Positions 9,183-18,700 of a DNA stretch of 64,000 nucleotides are shown here, piece by piece; position 1 is the stretch's first letter; each line of letters begins with the position of its first letter. The DNA comes from Candidatus Nomurabacteria bacterium (lineage in GTDB: Bacteria; Patescibacteriota; Minisyncoccia; Phycocordibacterales; UBA2100). The DNA lies in the NCBI GenBank assembly GCA_943356775.1, contig CALRFU010000001.1, positions 78,891 through 142,890 of the forward strand. The letters are read 5' to 3'. Below the pieces are notes generated by a model. That model was given only the letters and a program-made list of their open reading frames with translations, had not been told where the DNA came from and did not search any database. The position numbers were made by a program, and so were the translations under genes.

Positions 9183-10415
9183 TTACCCATTGATCTTAAA
9201 CACGATCTTTGGATTTTCGTTCATTGCTTTTTCAAAAGTCTCGGGAGTAAACGACTTGAAATCGTAGATCGTACCTTTACCCTTCTTCAGAATCACTTTC
9301 CAAATCGCGTCCTGAATGCCGTTGGTCTTGTCACTCAACATGCGCTGCGCGATTTGCCATGTTTTGAATATGTTGCGCCCGATAATACCGTGGAAGGTCA
9401 ATCCGCGTACGATAGCGCGGGAGAATTTTGGAATCGTGATGTCCCCATCTTTGAGACCAAACAAAATGACGTGTCCACCCCGACGAGTACTGTCTATACA
9501 GTTATTGACCGAGGCAGCGGGTCCCGCCATTTCCATGGAGATATCAACACCCTTTCCATACGTCAATTCCATGATCCGCTCTACGACCTCGGGGTCGTGC
9601 TCCCAATCGTTTTGTTTCTTTTTCTTTTCGATAAGGATAGTCTCGTGAGCGCCTAATTCTTTTGCCATTTTAAGATTCTTCGGATTTACATCCACCGCGA
9701 TGATCTTTACCGCTCCGAAGCTTCGCAAAAGCAGTATTGCAAACATTCCAATAGGGCCGCACCCAAATACCGCGACTCGCTGTCCGCGGAAATCGACGAC
9801 TGTTGTTGCATGCACGGCGTTGCCAAACGGATCAAGGATAGCGGCTATCTCTGGGCGAATTCGACTCTCGTCGATTGCCCACAGATTTTTAGCCGGAATT
9901 TTGACATATTCCGCGAAGATACCGTCCATGGAAATACCCAAGATTCCTTCATTCAAGCACACGTGCTGTTCTCCAATTCGGCATTGGTAGCACCGTCCGC
10001 ACGTGACATGCGAATCTCCCGAAACGAGACTACCGACTTGTATCTTCACGCGATTCTTTTCGTCGGGATCGTTATACAAACGCGAAACCATCGAACCGAC
10101 TTTGATTATTTCCCCGACAAACTCATGGCCCATGATACGCATGGTCTTCTTCTCACGTGCGAGAGAATCGTGCACATAGTCTTTGAAAACAGTGCGGTTC
10201 CACAATCCGCGATCAGTACCGCAGACACCGGCATAGCGAATTTTGAGAATGACCGCGAGTGCATCTTCTGTACTTTTCTTCTCATCCAAAATCGGCATCG
10301 GCACATCGCGCATCACAAATCCGCGACTCCCCTCCCAACCGTCTTTTTTGATATCCACGGTCAGTGCTTTGGCGGTTTTTGGAATCATACTCAACACAGT
10401 ATCAGAGTCCTCCAA
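9183..10415 (-). CDS. Zinc-dependent alcohol dehydrogenase family, probable L-threonine 3-dehydrogenase
   Basis: 410 aa with GVCGTD catalytic-zinc motif, structural-zinc Cys cluster (CGRCYQCRIGEQHVC) and Rossmann (VFGCGPIGM). Function inferred from kbl neighbour. Longer than classical Tdh. Confidence 0.65.
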   Translation of the reverse strand: MEDSDTVLSMIPKTAKALTVDIKKDGWEGSRGFVMRDVPMPILDEKKSTEDALAVILKIRYAGVCGTDRGLWNRTVFKDYVHDSLAREKKTMRIMGHEFVGEIIKVGSMVSRLYNDPDEKNRVKIQVGSLVSGDSHVTCGRCYQCRIGEQHVCLNEGILGISMDGIFAEYVKIPAKNLWAIDESRIRPEIAAILDPFGNAVHATTVVDFRGQRVAVFGCGPIGMFAILLLRSFGAVKIIAVDVNPKNLKMAKELGAHETILIEKKKKQNDWEHDPEVVERIMELTYGKGVDISMEMAGPAASVNNCIDSTRRGGHVILFGLKDGDITIPKFSRAIVRGLTFHGIIGRNIFKTWQIAQRMLSDKTNGIQDAIWKVILKKGKGTIYDFKSFTPETFEKAMNENPKIVFKING

Positions 10416-10440
10416 AACTTACCAGAACACGGCGAGACAC

Positions 10441-10767
10441 TCATTCTCCAATCAAAGGATTGCGAACGCCGGCGAAGTACCGAACAGGTATTTTTCCTTC
10501 ATGATCAAGAATGGTCATGAGCTCTTTTCGTAACACCTCAGGTAATTCATCAAACGTAAAACGGCTCCACTCCTGCAGGGTAGAAACCCCAAGAGGAACT
10601 GAATTTTCAAGAAATGTTCGGCTTTTGTGATCGAGCCTTGCTCCGAGCAACAGAGACAACTTCTTGTCCTCGAGTAGAGAATCCCATTCTGTGCGCGCAT
10701 AATTCTCTTGCGCCTTCCATCTCTCCTCGAAACTTATACCATCACCCAGACCTTTTTCAATCGTCAT
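10441..10767 (-). CDS. Hypothetical cytoplasmic protein
   Basis: 108-aa ORF with no recognisable motif. Consistent minus-strand gene flow. Confidence 0.35.
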   Translation of the reverse strand: MTIEKGLGDGISFEERWKAQENYARTEWDSLLEDKKLSLLLGARLDHKSRTFLENSVPLGVSTLQEWSRFTFDELPEVLRKELMTILDHEGKIPVRYFAGVRNPLIGE

Positions 10768-10843
10768 ATCAAATATTTCTTGGATTAATGTAGGTTTTGT
10801 TCAAGATTGATTTCATTCATACAAAGTCCTGCTACCGAATTTT

Positions 10844-10918
10844 GGTGGACCAGCGGGGGATCGAACCCCGGACCTCCTCATTGCAAATGAGGCATTCTAC
10901 CACTGAACTACTGGCCCA
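10844..10918 (-). tRNA. tRNA-Ala (anticodon TGC), CCA encoded
   Basis: Reverse complement GGGCCAGTAGTTCAGTGGTAGAATGCCTCATTTGCAATGAGGAGGTCCGGGGTTCGATCCCCCGCTGGTCCACCA. G3:U70 Ala identity pair, anticodon loop TTTGCAA, T-arm GGTTCGATCC, 3' CCA. Confidence 0.85.
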
Positions 10919-11011
10919 TTATTTTTCGACGTTTACTTCGGGGGTATTCTACCCGAGCTACTGACCCTTTGCTTTAGGGATATACCTGTATATCACAAAA
11001 AATGAATGGAA

Positions 11012-11785
11012 TCACGGCTCTGGCACTGCTACCCCGTTCTTGTGAGCGCGTACTGCATGAATATACTCTTGCAATAAAAGAAGATGTCCGCGTACTCCAG
11101 GGTTGAATACGTACACCTGACTTTCGCCATCGGAGCGGACGATAAAAGCTCGGACCGCGGCGAGTGGCTGTGGTTCGCGTAATTCCCATACATTTTTGTG
11201 CCGCACATCAAGGATATTTTGGATTTTTATTTTTGCATCAAAAATCATCGAGTCCCTTTGTTCTATCGAAAGATTTTGATTGTGGTCTATTTCCGCAATC
11301 GACAAGATAAGAACTTCGTCGAGAAGTTTTGATGCTCGGCTTTCATGTTCTCCCAGTGTGTGTATTAAGTTTTCGTCACGGAAACGAACTTCCCCTTTGT
11401 CGAAAACAACCATAATCTGGTTGTAGGTGCCCGTATTCATGAACTCTTCTGCCTCTACTGGCGCAGCCGAGGAAAATACAGCCTCCGATCCGTGTTGACC
11501 CATTTTAGGCTTCATTTCTCCCGATTCTAAAAAATCAAGAACGGCTTCACCGCGAGTACCCCGAAAAAGCAACTCCCCTGACGTAAAGTTTTTAAATGTG
11601 CCTAACCTCAGGAACGAGAGTGCAATACGTTGCTCAGCAGGCGATAAAATTTCAAGCAACGCCACATGCAGACTTTCGCGTAGCTGGGGAGCGTTTTCTT
11701 CAGGTGTGCCTTGATCTCTGTTAGGCGATGTCTCTATTCTCGGTGCCGATCTCATACAAAAAAAGTATATACTAAAATTCGACAA
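11012..11785 (-). CDS. Hypothetical protein, unknown function
   Basis: 257-aa ORF; real start may be an internal M. Sits between tRNA-Ala and ddl. Confidence 0.45.
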   Translation of the reverse strand: MSNFSIYFFCMRSAPRIETSPNRDQGTPEENAPQLRESLHVALLEILSPAEQRIALSFLRLGTFKNFTSGELLFRGTRGEAVLDFLESGEMKPKMGQHGSEAVFSSAAPVEAEEFMNTGTYNQIMVVFDKGEVRFRDENLIHTLGEHESRASKLLDEVLILSIAEIDHNQNLSIEQRDSMIFDAKIKIQNILDVRHKNVWELREPQPLAAVRAFIVRSDGESQVYVFNPGVRGHLLLLQEYIHAVRAHKNGVAVPEP

Positions 11786-12775
11786 TCATCTGCGTGCAAG
11801 CGCAATCGCATGCTCGAGAAATTCGGGCACGGAGGAACCGACGCTCTCGAGCATGGGCTGAAATGATGCCCCGGGATACAGCCCTGGTGTTGCATTCACT
11901 TCCAAAAGATACAACCCTCGCGGTGCGAGTATCATATCTGCTCGCGAAAAATGCGAAAGTCCGAGCGCTTGATGCGCTGCCCGCGCCATCTCCGCAATGG
12001 CCTGCTTTTCGGTGTGGCTGAAATTGCTCGGTACATTGTGGCGCAGACTTCCCTCTTGGTGATGCGCGAATTGGAGAACACGCGTACCGGGAGGCGCTAC
12101 CACGTGTGCAGGCGGAAGCACGTACAACTCTTCTCCGCGGAAATCCTCGATGACGCCGACGCTCGCCTCTTCGCCGCGAATATATTGCTCAACGAGAGCT
12201 GCGCCGAATGCATCCAACACATCGCCCAATATATCGGGCAATTCCAGAAGGGTCGCCGCGACGCGTATCCCGGTCGAAGCTCCTTCTTGAGCGGGCTTCA
12301 CCACGTACGGCGGACCGAATTGAGAAAATACAAGACTCGACATATCCCCTGTCGTGAGGGCATTCCCGAGCGAAAAGGAAACTGCGTGCGGCATCCTGAT
12401 ACCCGCCTTTTGCAGAACCTCACGTGCCCGTATTTTATGTAAGGAAAGTGCCGCGGATTGTGAACGCGCTCCCGCGTACGGGACGCCGGCGCGTTCCAGT
12501 ATTCTCTGCACCGTACCATCCTCGCCAGCGCCACCATGCAGCGCGTTTAATACGACATCGACTTGCGAAAGAATTCGCGCCGCATCAGCAGGACTACCGC
12601 GCATATGCCAATACCCGCGCTTATCGATAAAAATATCGCGCGTGTCATATTTTTCTTCGGGAAGAGCCGCAAGCATTGCGGCACCCGTCTTCAACGAAAG
12701 TTCGTATTCGCTCGAAGTCCCTCCCCGCAAGATACCAACGCTCGTGCGTGCCATCATGCAATTGTACCACCGCAA
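11786..12775 (-). CDS. ddl: D-alanine--D-alanine ligase
   Basis: 329 aa ATP-grasp fold ending in the LEVNATPGL motif typical of Ddl. Confidence 0.9.
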   Translation of the reverse strand: MRWYNCMMARTSVGILRGGTSSEYELSLKTGAAMLAALPEEKYDTRDIFIDKRGYWHMRGSPADAARILSQVDVVLNALHGGAGEDGTVQRILERAGVPYAGARSQSAALSLHKIRAREVLQKAGIRMPHAVSFSLGNALTTGDMSSLVFSQFGPPYVVKPAQEGASTGIRVAATLLELPDILGDVLDAFGAALVEQYIRGEEASVGVIEDFRGEELYVLPPAHVVAPPGTRVLQFAHHQEGSLRHNVPSNFSHTEKQAIAEMARAAHQALGLSHFSRADMILAPRGLYLLEVNATPGLYPGASFQPMLESVGSSVPEFLEHAIALARR

Positions 12776-12794
12776 AATGTTAGCGGGGTCCTAG

Positions 12795-13241
12795 CTATTC
12801 CGAAACGTTGAAAAGAGCCTCATCAGGGAACCACCATGGCGAACACGTCCAGGACGCAGTGGTGATGCGGGAATCGATGGCTTCTTTCTGGTCTCCACCG
12901 CCTACAATCACCCCGCTCGTAGTAGGGTCAACTGTGTATGTGCCATCAGGAGATATGACAACGCGTAACTGCCCAGAAGCATTGCCCTTTACTGTTGCCG
13001 TTTCGAGCAGAATATTCCCTTTGTTGATGAATAGGGCGCCTTTATCCGTGCCCTCAAAATTAGACCTTGTATAGCTACATGAAGTTGGTGGGATAGTTGC
13101 GACGTTTCGTTGCTGAAACATTCGTACAACGTCCGCACCGTTAGGAGTTTGTACGTGCCGATACAGGATATAGCAGGCAAATAAAATGACCCCAGCCAGG
13201 AAAACTGAAGCAACGTAAAAGAGACCTCTCGCAATTGTCAT
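12795..13241 (-). CDS. Hypothetical membrane-anchored protein
   Basis: Start taken at MTIARGLFYVASVFLAGVILFACYILY (single TM) followed by about 120-aa extracytoplasmic domain. The longer ORF would overlap uvrC. Confidence 0.4.
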   Translation of the reverse strand: MTIARGLFYVASVFLAGVILFACYILYRHVQTPNGADVVRMFQQRNVATIPPTSCSYTRSNFEGTDKGALFINKGNILLETATVKGNASGQLRVVISPDGTYTVDPTTSGVIVGGGDQKEAIDSRITTASWTCSPWWFPDEALFNVSE

Positions 13242-13245
13242 GTCA

Positions 13246-14535
13246 CTAGTATATCTTGCCCCGACGCTTTCGATGCCACGAAATCGCAAATCTGTGAGCT
13301 TCGTTGTTGGCAAGCAAAATATCGCGCTCATAGGCTTGTATTGCACCCTTGTCACCAATGAGTCGCTCAGGCTTATGAAATTGATTTTTGACAACACCCA
13401 CTATCGGTATGCTTATCCCCGTCTGTTTTAGAAGCGTCTGAACTGCGCGCATCTGGCCGATTCCCCCGTCGACGACAAACACGCGCGGCAAGGGCCATTC
13501 AGGATGATTGAGACGCCGCGAGAGCGCTTCTTTGAGCGAAGCCACGTCATCATTGGTCGCCGTTTGAATTTTGAATTTACGGTATGCCGCTTTTATTGTT
13601 TCGCCGCCGTCCACTACAGTCATCACAGCCACGGTCTCCGCGCCACTCGTATGTGCGACATCATATGCCTCTATCCGTATGCCGCCTGTCCTGAGTCCTA
13701 TCGAAGGGCCGCCGGACGCTATACGATGTTCATCTTTGATAAGCGATACGTCTCGGATATGTTCGAGAGCGTGCATCTGTCGACGCAGCTGCGTTGCTTC
13801 CTCGAATTTCTCAGCCCCCGCTGCGACCTTCATTTCACGCGCAAGTGCCCGCTTTAAACCCATGAAATTACCTGAAAGAAAAGTGGAGATGTGTTTAACA
13901 CGTTGCGCATACTCTTTTTTACTCACCTCGCCCGTGCACACGCCGGGACAGAGCCCTATCTGGCGATTGAAACAAGGTTTGCATGTTCGACCTCGTAGGT
14001 CGCTCATGTTCGACTTCGTAAGTCGAACATTCTGGTCGGGGCACGGTACACACTTCGCATCCCGGAACGGGAATATTTTCCGGACTATCTTCAGGGCTTC
14101 CTGAAGTTGCGTGCCGTGTGGGAAGGGGCCGAATGTTTTTTTGATGTCTTTTGTATCCCAATTCTGGTAGAGCTCACGGCCTCGTACGATGAGCACCCGC
14201 GGGTAGTCTTCCTTTGTTATCACAACATAATTAAAACTTTTGTTATCTTTCTCATCGACATTGTACGGGGGCTGATGCTTCTTGATGAGATTTGCTTCGA
14301 GTATTAAGGCTTCAAGTATCGAATTCGTTTTTGTATGCGTGATTGTTTGTGCTTCCGCAACCATGCCGACGATTCTTTCGCCGCGACCTTTTATCAAATC
14401 CGAAGAAAAGTAGCTTCGAACACGGTCGCGCAAAGACGTAGCTTTCCCGATATACAGTATCTTTTTACCTTTTTTAAACACATAGACTCCCGGCTCATCG
14501 GGTAGTTTGAACTTCTCTAAGTCCGTACGTTTCAT
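13246..14535 (-). CDS. uvrC: Excinuclease ABC subunit C, short form lacking C-terminal (HhH)2
   Basis: N-terminal GIY-YIG (GVYVFKKGKKILYIGKATSLRDRVRSYF), Cys-rich segment, UvrBC-like region, C-terminal RNase H-like endonuclease (IEAYDVAHTSG; VVDGGIGQ). 429 aa. Confidence 0.85.
   Translation of the reverse strand: MKRTDLEKFKLPDEPGVYVFKKGKKILYIGKATSLRDRVRSYFSSDLIKGRGERIVGMVAEAQTITHTKTNSILEALILEANLIKKHQPPYNVDEKDNKSFNYVVITKEDYPRVLIVRGRELYQNWDTKDIKKTFGPFPHGTQLQEALKIVRKIFPFRDAKCVPCPDQNVRLTKSNMSDLRGRTCKPCFNRQIGLCPGVCTGEVSKKEYAQRVKHISTFLSGNFMGLKRALAREMKVAAGAEKFEEATQLRRQMHALEHIRDVSLIKDEHRIASGGPSIGLRTGGIRIEAYDVAHTSGAETVAVMTVVDGGETIKAAYRKFKIQTATNDDVASLKEALSRRLNHPEWPLPRVFVVDGGIGQMRAVQTLLKQTGISIPIVGVVKNQFHKPERLIGDKGAIQAYERDILLANNEAHRFAISWHRKRRGKIY
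13984..14031. repeat. Two overlapping copies of a 25-nt palindromic element (one exact, one degenerate) inside uvrC
   Basis: ATGTTCGACCTCGTAGGTCGCTCAT overlapping ATGTTCGACTTCGTAAGTCGAACAT. The exact copy recurs in uvrA. Forms an 11-bp stem with a 3-nt loop. In-frame; encodes NVRLTKSNMSDLRGRT. Confidence 0.7.
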
Positions 14536-14643
14536 TGGCTTGAGTATACAGAAATACCCTATCCACTGCGAATGGTATTTGACTTTTCTCTGAGGTCGGC
14601 TATACTTAGATTTTAATGACCTCCAAGAAGTTTCGATTCAAGA

Positions 14644-14706
14644 ACACCCGCCCGGGTGCATTTTTTTACCTCTCCAATTCGTCCCCCATTCGGGGACTTT
14701 TCTTTG
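14644..14706 (+). promoter_or_regulatory. Tandem terminator-like hairpins in the carA leader (possible attenuator)
   Basis: CACCCGCCCGGGTG followed by TTTTTTT, then GTCCCCCATTCGGGGAC followed by TTTTCTTTGT, immediately before the carA ATG. Confidence 0.4.
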
Positions 14707-14707
14707 T

Positions 14708-15757
14708 ATGAAGTTGTACCTCGAAGATGGCACGGTTTTCGAAGGAAAAAGCGTCGGCGCTTCAATAAAATCGGGAAAACAAGTCCACGGCGAGGTCGTT
14801 TTTAATACTGGCATGGTTGGATACCCTGAAGGATTTACCGACCCTTCTTACGCAGGTCAAATTCTCGTCTGTACGTATCCCCTTATCGGCAACTATGGCG
14901 TACCGGACCTGAAAACTCTTGAATCCGAGAAAGTGCAGATAAGGGGACTTATCGTTTCAGAATATTGTGAAGAATACTCACACGCCAATGCAAAAATGTC
15001 TCTGGGACAGTGGCTGAAAGACTCCGGCATTCCCGCGATATCAGGAATCGATACGCGTGCACTCACGAAGAAATTGCGCGAGCGAGGTGTGATGCTTGGA
15101 CAGATGAGTGAGGGCACAGCAACAAAAACATTCAACGACCCGAATGAGGAGAATCTTGTCGCGGCAGTCAGCCCAAAAAAGAAGAAAGTCTATGGCGATG
15201 GCGCTATAAAGATAATCGCTCTCGATTGTGGAATGAAAGAGAACATCGTGCGTTCACTTGCAAGACCCGGAGTAACCCTTATCCGTGTCCCTTGGGATTA
15301 TGATTTCACCACCGAGAAATATGACGCGCTCTTTATATCCAATGGTCCAGGAGACCCTACCCAATGCACTTCGACCATCAATCATATCCAGGCGGCAATG
15401 CACGACAGTAAGCCAATACTGGGCATTTGCCTCGGCAATCAGCTTCTGGCGCTTGCCGCAGGAGCTTTCACGTATAAGCTCAAATACGGTCATAGGGCTC
15501 AGAATCAGCCCGCCATCGAGTCCACCACTGGGAGGTGCTATATCACCTCCCAGAACCACGGATTTGCGGTAGATACGAAGACGCTTCCTGACGGCTGGGA
15601 GGAGTGGTTCTCTAATGCCAACGATGGAAGCAACGAGGGTATCCGTCACAAGAGCAAGCCATGGCGTTCAGTACAATTCCACCCGGAAGCCAATCCTGGT
15701 CCTACCGACACCGCATGGATATTCGACGAATTTTTAAAGTCCCTCAAGACTGTATGA
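14708..15757 (+). CDS. carA: Carbamoyl-phosphate synthase small subunit
   Basis: 349 aa with CPSase small-subunit N-domain and class I glutamine amidotransferase (GICLGNQ catalytic Cys, HG..). Confidence 0.9.
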   Translation: MKLYLEDGTVFEGKSVGASIKSGKQVHGEVVFNTGMVGYPEGFTDPSYAGQILVCTYPLIGNYGVPDLKTLESEKVQIRGLIVSEYCEEYSHANAKMSLGQWLKDSGIPAISGIDTRALTKKLRERGVMLGQMSEGTATKTFNDPNEENLVAAVSPKKKKVYGDGAIKIIALDCGMKENIVRSLARPGVTLIRVPWDYDFTTEKYDALFISNGPGDPTQCTSTINHIQAAMHDSKPILGICLGNQLLALAAGAFTYKLKYGHRAQNQPAIESTTGRCYITSQNHGFAVDTKTLPDGWEEWFSNANDGSNEGIRHKSKPWRSVQFHPEANPGPTDTAWIFDEFLKSLKTV

Positions 15758-18700
15758 CTATCAAACCAAAAAAAATATTGCTCTTGGGCTCAGGAGGTCT
15801 CCGCATAGGTCAGGCGGGAGAGTTTGATTACTCCGGCTCACAGGCTATCAATGCTTTCAAAGAAGAAGACATCCGGGTTGTTCTGATGAATCCGAACATC
15901 GCGACAGTACAGACAGATGAGAAACGCGCCGACACAGTGTACTTCCTCCCACTCACAGAGAAATTTGCGGCAGAAGTCATACGGAAAGAACGCCCTGACG
16001 CGATAGCGTTATCGTTCGGCGGACAAACGGCACTCAACCTCGGACTCTCGCTTGAAAAAAACGGAGTACTCAAAAAATACGGAGTAAAAGTCCTTGGCAC
16101 ACCCGTATCAACAATCCGCGACACGGAAGACCGTGAACTTTTCGTAAAACGACTCAAACAAATAGACGTGAAGACAGCCCGCAGTCGTGCGACGTCCAAC
16201 GTCGCTGAAGCCAAGAAAGCCGCAGAAGAAATCGGGTACCCGGTCATGGTCCGCTCCGGATTCGCGCTCGGCGGCGAAGGTTCAGGAGTCGTACGAAATG
16301 AAAAGGATTTGGTCGCCAAACTTTCAGAAGTCTTCCGCAACGTCTCACAGGTTCTTGTTGAAGAGTATCTCGGCGGGTGGAAAGAAATCGAATACGAAGT
16401 CGTGCGCGACCGCGCCGACAACTGCATCACCGTCTGCAATATGGAGAATTTCGACCCGATGGGTATTCATACCGGAGAGAGCATCGTTGTCGCGCCATCG
16501 CAAACACTCTCGAATGCCGAATATCACGGACTCCGTGAGGTAGCTATCAAGACTATACGGCACCTCGGTATCGTCGGCGAATGCAATATTCAATACGCAC
16601 TCCATCCTTCAAACGGCGATTATCGCGTCATCGAAGTGAATGCCAGGCTTTCGCGCTCATCAGCACTCGCCTCAAAGGCGACTGGATATCCGCTTGCCTT
16701 CGTCGCCGCAAAATTGGCGCTTGGATATACCCTGCCTGAAATAAAGAATTCGATTACGAAGAAAACCAGTGCCTGCTTCGAGCCCGCGCTCGACTATGTC
16801 GTCCTCAAGATTCCGCGGTGGGACCTCAACAAATTCGAGAATGCCGCTCCCCGCATCGGTACCGAGATGAAGAGCGTCGGCGAAGTGATGGCAATCGGAC
16901 GCTCATTTGAAGAAGCGCTGCAAAAAGCTCTCCGCATGCTCAACATCGGGGCATACGGCCTCACCGCACAGAAAAACGACAACTTCCGAATACCGGATTA
17001 TGCCGACGAGATAAAAAACCCGACCACCCGCCGCGTCTTCGCGATTGCCCAAGCTCTTCGTGACGGGGTTTCTGTCGAAAAAATACACGACATGAGCGCG
17101 ATTGATCTGTGGTTTCTCCACAAGATGCAAAACATCATCACACTCGAGCATGAATTGAAACGTAAAAAATTGAATCCGACTCTCATGCGCCGTGCGAAAC
17201 AGCTTGGATTTTCTGATGCGCAGCTTGCAATCATTAAGAATACAAATGAATCTGCCATCCGAATACTTCGGAAAAAGTTGAAGGTTCTTCCCGTCATTAA
17301 ACAAATAGACACGCTTGCTGGCGAATTCCCTGCCGAGACCAATTACCTCTACCTTACCTATCACGGCACCGAGAACGACGTTGTTCCGGGTAAAAAGCAG
17401 ATAGCCGTCCTCGGAAGCGGTCCGTATGCGATAGGTTCATCCGTAGAATTCGATTGGTCGAGCGTACAGGCACTGCGTACGCTTAAGCGCGAGGGGTACG
17501 GCACGATAATGATTAACTACAATCCGGAGACTGTTTCCACCGACTACGACACCTCCGACCGTCTCTACTTCGAAGAACTTTCTCTCGAACGAGTTCTGGA
17601 CATTACCGACTTCGAAAAACCTCAGGGCGTAATCGTCTCTACCGGCGGACAAATACCAAATAACCTCGCTCTGAAACTCGAGAAAAACAAAATCCGGATT
17701 CTCGGTACTACGCCTGAAAACATTGACCGCGCTGAAGACCGACACGTTTTCTCCAAGCTGCTTGATAGCCTCGGCATCGACCAACCGGATTGGGCGGAAC
17801 TGACGACGCTCGCCGCAGCCTTGCAAACGGCCGAAAAATTGGGGTACCCGGTACTTGTCCGGCCTTCTTACGTCCTTTCGGGAGCCGCCATGGCCGTCTC
17901 GATGGATAAGACTTCACTCGTGAAATATCTCAAACGCGCGGTCGACATCTCTTCCGATCACCCGGTCGTCATTTCCAAATTCATCGAGAACGCCCGTGAG
18001 ATTGAGATAGACGGAGTAGCGAAGAAGGGCGGCCTCGTCGTGTACGCCATCACTGAGCACGTAGAAAACGCCGGCACTCACTCGGGTGACGCAACCGTAG
18101 TGCTTCCACCGCAGCGCACCTACATCGAGACTATCCGCCGCGCCAAACACATTGCCAAGGGCATTGTAAAGGAACTCAACATTACCGGACCGTTCAATAT
18201 CCAATTCCTCGCAAAAGACAACAGGCTACAGGTCATCGAGTGTAATTTGCGCGCTTCCCGCAGCTTCCCTTTCGTATCGAAAGTCACCGGATACAACTTC
18301 ATCGACATCGCAACGCGCGCGATGCTCGGTCTCGATGTCGCGGGCAACTACCGGACGCTGGAGCTAGACTTCGTTGCCGTCAAATCCCCTCAATTCTCAT
18401 ACGGTCGCATCAAAGGTGCCGACCCTATCTCCTACGTGGAAATGGCATCTACTGGCGAAGTCGCCTGCTTCGGAGACACATACTCCGAGGCTCTTTTGAA
18501 ATCCATGATGGCTGCAGGATTCCGCCTGCCAAAGAAGAATGTACTTGTATCGCTCGGCAAAGAGGAGAATAAAGTGAAATTACTCCCAGGCATTCAAACA
18601 CTTGTAGGGATGGGTTTCAAAATATTTGCGACAGAGCAAACTGCAGAATTCTTACGCGAGAAGGGGGTGAAGTGTGAGAAGGTCTACAAGATAAGTACCG

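Noticed and set aside
10925-10980. Possible second tRNA next to tRNA-Ala
   Set aside because: Only a 5'-half-like segment is present (acceptor/D-arm mimic); no T-arm or 3' acceptor strand. Kept as a remnant/scar finding rather than a gene.
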